A DNA stretch of 58,122 nt from a virus (lineage: Duplodnaviria > Caudoviricetes), in the IMG/VR virus record IMGVR_UViG_3300024057_000003, positions 1 through 58,122 of that record; one strand, given 5' to 3'. Below the pieces are notes generated by a model. It was not told the DNA's origin and ran no database searches. It saw only the letters and a program-made list of their open reading frames with translations. Of the stretch, positions 52,496 through 58,122 are shown piece after piece (position 1 is the first letter of the stretch; every line of letters begins with the position of its first letter). A program made the translations under genes and the position numbers.

Positions 52496-53334
52496 TGAAT
52501 CCTCTCCTGGCTTCGTTCGTTGACGAAGCCTGCAAGCCCATGCCCGCTGAGGCGATCTTCAAGGAGGCGGTTCGCAAGGAACTGCGTGCTCTTCGGAAGC
52601 TCAAGGGCGTGTGGAAGAAGATCCCTCCTGCCGGGAAGGCGGGCGTCGGTGCGGCGGCTGGAGGTCTGGGGTACATGGGGGCCACTGGCCGTCTCCAAGA
52701 GCACTTCTTCGGGAAGATGACCGAGGGCGTCGAACTCGCCACGGCCGACGAGCCGATTCCGATCGCGAAGGACAGCCGTGGCACCGAGATCCTCAAGTGG
52801 ATCAAGAGGTTCAAGAAGGACCACCCCGAAGTGAAGGACGTGCCCGTCTACGTCTCCGGCCGCGTGGAAACGAGCCAGTACATCACCGATGCCGCGTTCA
52901 AGCTCCCGGGCAGCGCGGAAGGGCTGAAGGAGGAGTACAAGATCACCAAGCCGGGGATCTACCTCCGTGAGATGTCCGCGCCGATCGCGCTTCACGAGCT
53001 GGGCCACGTCGCGCTGGACAGGAAGGTCCCGGGGATCTCGCTCCTCACCCACGGTGCATCGCTCGCGGCCCTCCCCCTCCTGGCCAGCGTCATCTTCCGC
53101 AAGCCCGTCAAGAAGGCGGGGTTCATCGAGCGATTTGCCCCCGCAATCTCGGCGGCGCTACAGCTACCTCTTCTTGCCGAAGAGGCGGGAGCAAGTATAA
53201 TTGCTGAGAAGACGCTTCGTGAGCGGGGGGAGACGGGGAAGAAACGTCTTCTCCCGGCCTGGCTTACTTACGCGGTCGCCGCCGGAACGCTTCCGACAGC
53301 GACAGCCGCAGCCACGTTCTTGAAGAGGCTCTGA
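52495..53334 (+). CDS. membrane-associated zinc metallopeptidase (HExxH) with propeptide
   Basis: TGATG start at 52495; LHELGH, downstream LAEEAGAS, AWLTYA resemble YugP/Zn_peptidase_2-like enzymes; hydrophobic helices. Confidence 0.7.
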   Translation: MNPLLASFVDEACKPMPAEAIFKEAVRKELRALRKLKGVWKKIPPAGKAGVGAAAGGLGYMGATGRLQEHFFGKMTEGVELATADEPIPIAKDSRGTEILKWIKRFKKDHPEVKDVPVYVSGRVETSQYITDAAFKLPGSAEGLKEEYKITKPGIYLREMSAPIALHELGHVALDRKVPGISLLTHGASLAALPLLASVIFRKPVKKAGFIERFAPAISAALQLPLLAEEAGASIIAEKTLRERGETGKKRLLPAWLTYAVAAGTLPTATAAATFLKRL

Positions 53335-53335
53335 T

Positions 53336-55312
53336 ATGCCGGTAAGTGGAGTCCCTGGAGACACGTCATTCGGCGGTGGAAGCCGGGCAACAGGGCGCGC
53401 GCAGTTCTACCCATCGCCCTTCTTCGACATCGCTGGCACCTATTTCCCCGAGACCCCGAAGGCGCTCTTCCGGTTCTGCCGGTACTACTACTACACGATC
53501 GGGATCATCGGGGCCGCGGTCGACGTCCACGCCGCCTACCCGGTGACTGGACTGGCGATCGACAGCGACGACGAGGATCTGAGCAAGAAGTGGGACCAGA
53601 TCCTCAACAAGCGCTTCAAGATCACGGCCTTCCTCGTCGAGGCGGGCAAGGACTACGTCACGTACGGCAACTGCTTCATCTCGATCTACATCCCCCAGAA
53701 GCGGTATCTCGTCTGCCCGAACTGCAAGACGAATCATCCGATCGACACGGTCTCCTATGAGTTCAAGGCGTTCCGCTTCCAAGGGGCGTGCAAGAAGTGT
53801 GGCAATCACGTCCGTTACGAAGTGAAGGACGAGCCGACGAAGGACATCAATCAGGTGAACCTCGTCCGGTGGTCGCCCGAGAACATCGACATCGAGTACA
53901 ACCCGATCACAGGCGAGCACCGCTACAAGTATGCGATCCCGAACGAGATCAAGAGGTTGGTCACCTTGGGCCGGCGGCACATCATCGAGACGATGCCGGT
54001 TTCTTTCTTGGAAGCGATCCGGGACAACCTCAACGTCGAGTTCAACCCCAAGAACCTGTTCCACCTGAAGCGCCCCTCTCTGGCCGAGAAGAACATGGGC
54101 TGGGGCGAACCAGCGATGATCCGGAACCTCAAGGATCTCTACTACCTCCAGATCCTCAAGAAGGCGCGCGAGCAGGTCGCCCATCAGCACATCGTTCCGC
54201 TCTGGGTGATCTTCCCCCAGCCGCACGGGGAGTTGAATCCCTACGAGCATCTCAACCTCGCGGAGTGGCGCGGCCGGATGGAGAATGAACTCAAGCAGTG
54301 GCGGCAAGATCCAAACTACATCCCGATCATGCCGATGCCCGTGGGATTCCAGTTCATCGGAGGCTCGTTCAAAAATCTGGACACGACCCCGGAGACGCAG
54401 AACCTCCTCCTGAACATCCTCGCCGGGATGAACATGCCGCAGGAGTTCGTGTACGGCGGCCTCCAGTACTCGGGGACCAGCTTCTCGATCCGGATGCTGT
54501 CGAACCTCTTCAGCACGTATCGCGGCCAGTTGAGCGAGTTCCTCAACGGCTTCTTCATCCCGCGGCTCTCCGAGGTCTTCTCGATCGAGCCTGTGCAGAC
54601 GCACTTCACCGATCTCAAGCTCGCAGACGACGTGCAGAAGAAGCAGGTCCTCCTCGCCCTCAATCAGCAGAACAAGCTCTCGACCGGAACCCTGCTGTCG
54701 GAGATGGATCTCGACGCCAGCATGGAGATGAAGAAGATCAAGGACGAGCTGGAGGAGCAGGGCGAGATCCTGGGCAAGCAGATGGTCACCCAGGAGAAGG
54801 CGAAGGCCGAGGCGTTGCTCGCCAACATCCGGGGCCAGATCAAGGCGAGGCTCATGGAGCAGCCGATCGCCCAGGAAGTGGCCGACGAACTCAACACCAA
54901 GGTCATCCTCGACAACCCCGACCGGCCGTTCAAGATCAACCATCAGCTCTGGCAGCACATCTTCCAAGGTGGCGGGGAGGGCGCGTCCTCCGATGGCGGG
55001 CAACCCTTCTTCCAGCTCTCCCCCGCAGACATCCCGGCGACGGTGAAGTCGCTGGCGAAGTCCATCCAGGGCAACAACGAGAAGCGCAGGAAGGAAATCC
55101 TTTCGGAACTTCAGGCCTCGATGCCGATCATGCACGACCTCGTCTCGAATGAGTTGGCCGCGCAACCCGGACAGGGCGGGAATGGGTCGTCGAACAAGGA
55201 AGTCCTGCCGCGCCCGCGCGGAGCAAATACAGCGACGAGCACCAAGGGAACGACGGCCGACATGCGCCCGCTCCCGCCCAAGAACCCGCCCCGCAGGAAA
55301 GGTAGCAATTAA
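53336..55312 (+). CDS. portal protein with zinc-ribbon insertion
   Basis: 658 aa; YPSPFFD..RYYY, DYVTYGNCF, RWSPENI, LFHLKRPS..WGEP, P.EFVYGG; CPNC..CKKC insert. Confidence 0.8.
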   Translation: MPVSGVPGDTSFGGGSRATGRAQFYPSPFFDIAGTYFPETPKALFRFCRYYYYTIGIIGAAVDVHAAYPVTGLAIDSDDEDLSKKWDQILNKRFKITAFLVEAGKDYVTYGNCFISIYIPQKRYLVCPNCKTNHPIDTVSYEFKAFRFQGACKKCGNHVRYEVKDEPTKDINQVNLVRWSPENIDIEYNPITGEHRYKYAIPNEIKRLVTLGRRHIIETMPVSFLEAIRDNLNVEFNPKNLFHLKRPSLAEKNMGWGEPAMIRNLKDLYYLQILKKAREQVAHQHIVPLWVIFPQPHGELNPYEHLNLAEWRGRMENELKQWRQDPNYIPIMPMPVGFQFIGGSFKNLDTTPETQNLLLNILAGMNMPQEFVYGGLQYSGTSFSIRMLSNLFSTYRGQLSEFLNGFFIPRLSEVFSIEPVQTHFTDLKLADDVQKKQVLLALNQQNKLSTGTLLSEMDLDASMEMKKIKDELEEQGEILGKQMVTQEKAKAEALLANIRGQIKARLMEQPIAQEVADELNTKVILDNPDRPFKINHQLWQHIFQGGGEGASSDGGQPFFQLSPADIPATVKSLAKSIQGNNEKRRKEILSELQASMPIMHDLVSNELAAQPGQGGNGSSNKEVLPRPRGANTATSTKGTTADMRPLPPKNPPRRKGSN

Positions 55313-55321
55313 CCAGGACCG

Positions 55322-58122
55322 ATGGCCGACCTCTTCGACACCGACGAGCAGTTTGAGAACATCAAGGGGAGTCTGTCCAGAGCGGTCAAGCAGGCCCTCG
55401 CCGTCGAGGGAAAGAAGCATCGCCTGGTCGTCCGCAAGGTCGAGGTGAAGGACACGCTCGACGCCAGCGACATCAAGAGCCAGCTCGACGCGAAGATGAA
55501 CCAGAAGACGTGGGGTGTGCCGCTCCATGCGGATCTGGAACTTCAGGACGTGGCGACCGGAGATACGGTCGATCGCCAGCGGGTCAAGCTCCTGGACATC
55601 CCCAAGCTCACGCCGCGGTATAGCTTCATCGTCAACGGCTCGGAGTTCCAGATCTCCAACCAGCTCCGCCTCAAGCCCGGCGCCTACATCCGCAAGCGCA
55701 GGACCGGAGAGACCGAAGCGTTCGTCAATCTGGAGCGCGGCCGCAACTTCAGGATCGAGCTCCGGCCCAAGAGGGGGCAGGTGATGGCCGAGATCGGTTC
55801 GGCCAACGTGAACGTCTACAGCCTGTTCCACATCCTCGGCCTCAAGGACAAGGAGATCCAGGACACGCTGGGCACGGATCTCCACTCCTCGATCGTCACG
55901 CCGAACGTGGATGTGGACATCCTAAAACTCAACAACTCCCTGTTCCGCGACAAGGAGACGAACGTCGAGAAGGCCCTCGGCAACCTGCGAGCCTACTTCA
56001 AGGAGACGAAGATCAGCCCGGAGACGACGGAGGCGACGCTGGGCCGGAGCTTCACGAGCGTCAATGGAGACATGCTCCTGCGGACTGTGAAGAAGCTCGT
56101 CGCGGTCAACCGAGGAGAAGCCGAACCGGACAACCGCGACGAGGTCCGCTACAAGAAGCTGTTCACCCCCGACGACCTCTTGGAGCAACGCATCTCGAAG
56201 AACGTGCGGCTCATCCAGTCCAGGATCCGCCAGAGGCTCGATTCAGCGACCGAGGTCCGCGATGCCGTTCATCCACCCCAGATCTCGAAGCTTGTCTACG
56301 CCGGCCGTGGCGAGAACGCCGAAGGCAGTTTCTACAACTCCAGCTCGCTGTCGACTAGCCCCGATCAGACCAACCCTGTGGACTTCCTGTCCGGGTTCAC
56401 GAAGGTCACGTACCTCGGCGAGGGCGGGATCCTGGACCGCCACGCGATTACCCTTCCCAGCAGGAACATCAACCCCACCCAGATCGGATTCCTCGATCCC
56501 GTCCATACCCCTGAGAACGCGGATATCGGCGTGGTCAACCACCTTCCGCTCGGGGTCGTCAAGCGGAAGGGGGAGATGAAGACGCGGGTCCAGGACCGCC
56601 AGGGCAAGATGACGCATCTCAGTTCACACGATGCCTTTGGCCAGACGATCGCGTTGCCGGGGGAGATTGACGACAAATGGAAGTCGCTGAAGGCTGAGCG
56701 CGTCACGGCCTACCGCGCCGGCAAGGTCGTTCAGGTGGACCCGAGCGAGGTGACTCATCGGTTCACTGACCCCGCTGACCTTTTCGGGGTGAGCACGAAC
56801 CTCATCCCCTTCATGTCCGCAAACTCCGGTGCCCGCGCAATGATGGGCGCCAAGATGCTTCCCCAAGCCCTTCCGCTTGTGGAGCGTGAGGCTCCTCTGG
56901 TCCAAGCGCGGCTTCGAGGTGATGTCAGCGCGGACCAAGCCGTCGGCTCGGAGTTCTCCCTCCATAGCCCCGTCTCCGGCAAGGTCGTCTCGGCTGAGGA
57001 CGGCGTCTTGAAGATCGAGGATTCTGAGGGGGACGTCCACGACATCCAGTACTACGAGAACTTCCCCCTCAACGGGGACGTGGGGATCACGTCAGAAATC
57101 CTTGTCGCCGCGGGAGACAAGGTGAAGAAGGGCCAGTTGGTCGCCGACACGAACTTCACGCGGGACGGATCGCTGGCCCTCGGCAAGAATCTGAGGGTGG
57201 CATATCTGCCCTACAAAGGTTTAACTTTCGAGGACGGGATCGCGATCAGCGAAACGGCCTCGCGTAAGATGACCTCAGAGCACCTTCACCGCCGCGAGTC
57301 ACCGCGGATCCGCTCGGGGGGCGTGGGGACGATCTACGACCGGAAGAAGTTCAGCGCCTACTACCCCACGGTGTTCGACCGCGAGCAGCTTGAGAAGCTG
57401 GACGATCAGGGCGTCATTCAGGTAGGCCAGACCGTTCGGCCGGGAGATCCGATCATCGCCTACATGCAGGAGAAGCAGATCACCCCCGAGGACGTGGCGA
57501 TGGGCAAGCTGAGGAAGTCCCTCGTCAAGCCGTACAAGAACCGCTCGGTCACTTGGGATCTCGACGACGAAGGCGAGGTGGTCAGGATCTCCAAGACCTC
57601 TGAAGGTCCGATCGTCTGGGTCAAGACGAAGGAGCCGATCCGGATCGGCGACAAGCTCGCCGGCCGTCATGGGAACAAGGGCGTGGTCACCGCGATCGTG
57701 CCGGATCGGGAGATGCCGAAGACCCAAGACGGAGAGCCTGTCGAGATCATCATGGACCCCCACGGGATCCCGTCTCGAATCAACGTAGGCCAGGTCTTCG
57801 AGACCGTGGCCGGGAAGCTCGCGAAGAAATCCAAGCGGCCGTACTTGGTGGACAACTTCACGGACAGATCCTACATTGACGACCTGACGGCCGAGATCAA
57901 GCGGGCGAAGATCACGGACACGGAGACGTTGGTCGACCCAACAACGGAGGAGACGCTGGGTGACGGGCTCGTGGGATACCAGCACATCATGAAACTCCGT
58001 CACCCAGTCCGCACCAAGTTCGCCGGTCGCGGAACGGACAAGTACACGATGGACAACCGTCCGGCCAAGGGCGGGGAAGGATCGGCCCAGAGCCTCGATC
58101 CGCTCAAGATGTTCTCGATGCT
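55322..58122 (+). CDS. rpoB: DNA-directed RNA polymerase beta subunit (phage-encoded; truncated by window end)
   Basis: Open frame from ATG 55322 to window end: IPKLTPRYSFIVNG..QLR..PG, DQTNP..LGEGG, PVHTPE..IG, LIPF..RAMMG, GLTFEDG, GDKLAGRHGNKG, PHGIPSRINVGQ, MKLRH; absent from ORF track. Confidence 0.95.
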   Translation, partial: MADLFDTDEQFENIKGSLSRAVKQALAVEGKKHRLVVRKVEVKDTLDASDIKSQLDAKMNQKTWGVPLHADLELQDVATGDTVDRQRVKLLDIPKLTPRYSFIVNGSEFQISNQLRLKPGAYIRKRRTGETEAFVNLERGRNFRIELRPKRGQVMAEIGSANVNVYSLFHILGLKDKEIQDTLGTDLHSSIVTPNVDVDILKLNNSLFRDKETNVEKALGNLRAYFKETKISPETTEATLGRSFTSVNGDMLLRTVKKLVAVNRGEAEPDNRDEVRYKKLFTPDDLLEQRISKNVRLIQSRIRQRLDSATEVRDAVHPPQISKLVYAGRGENAEGSFYNSSSLSTSPDQTNPVDFLSGFTKVTYLGEGGILDRHAITLPSRNINPTQIGFLDPVHTPENADIGVVNHLPLGVVKRKGEMKTRVQDRQGKMTHLSSHDAFGQTIALPGEIDDKWKSLKAERVTAYRAGKVVQVDPSEVTHRFTDPADLFGVSTNLIPFMSANSGARAMMGAKMLPQALPLVEREAPLVQARLRGDVSADQAVGSEFSLHSPVSGKVVSAEDGVLKIEDSEGDVHDIQYYENFPLNGDVGITSEILVAAGDKVKKGQLVADTNFTRDGSLALGKNLRVAYLPYKGLTFEDGIAISETASRKMTSEHLHRRESPRIRSGGVGTIYDRKKFSAYYPTVFDREQLEKLDDQGVIQVGQTVRPGDPIIAYMQEKQITPEDVAMGKLRKSLVKPYKNRSVTWDLDDEGEVVRISKTSEGPIVWVKTKEPIRIGDKLAGRHGNKGVVTAIVPDREMPKTQDGEPVEIIMDPHGIPSRINVGQVFETVAGKLAKKSKRPYLVDNFTDRSYIDDLTAEIKRAKITDTETLVDPTTEETLGDGLVGYQHIMKLRHPVRTKFAGRGTDKYTMDNRPAKGGEGSAQSLDPLKMFSM

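Noticed and set aside
55322-58122. Host chromosomal rpoB marking a prophage boundary
   Set aside because: Highly divergent and compact, directly follows the portal gene, and lacks upstream rplJL context
1-58122. CRISPR array, DGR, tRNAs, integrase, terminase, lysis cassette
   Set aside because: No regularly spaced repeats, reverse transcriptase, TR/VR pair or relevant motifs seen by eye; terminase and lysis genes presumably lie outside the window

Overview
This 58 kb high-GC window is part of a large tailed (myovirus-type) phage genome. Bases 1-4141 hold small leftward, early-type genes, including an N6A/N4C DNA methyltransferase. A divergent control region follows (4142-4554) with a promoter/terminator-bounded, highly structured ~200-nt RNA. 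Then comes a ~45 kb rightward morphogenesis block: an intein-containing prohead protease, acidic scaffold-like proteins, a decoration protein, an HK97-type major capsid, adaptor/neck proteins, tail terminator, sheath, tube, a -1 frameshifted tail chaperone, tape measure, baseplate (with a sigma-70-family factor embedded in it) and fibre/receptor-binding genes. A two-gene inverted island precedes further head-associated genes (LigD phosphoesterase domain, HExxH metallopeptidase), the portal, and a multisubunit RNA polymerase beta subunit that runs off the right end and is missing from the ORF track. Four features stand out. (1) Head-module proteins carry many K-x-A/G motifs, probably maturation-protease sites. 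(2) A cassette of small proteins is built as acidic F-x-x-E propeptide + K-x-A + cationic amphipathic Gly/Ala-rich helix, resembling protease-activated membrane-active peptides. (3) A recurring TATAC/TATAA-N17-TANNNT promoter is probably read by the phage sigma/RNAP. (4) The structured RNA has a 6S-like architecture. All product calls come from manual motif recognition and synteny; no database searches were run.
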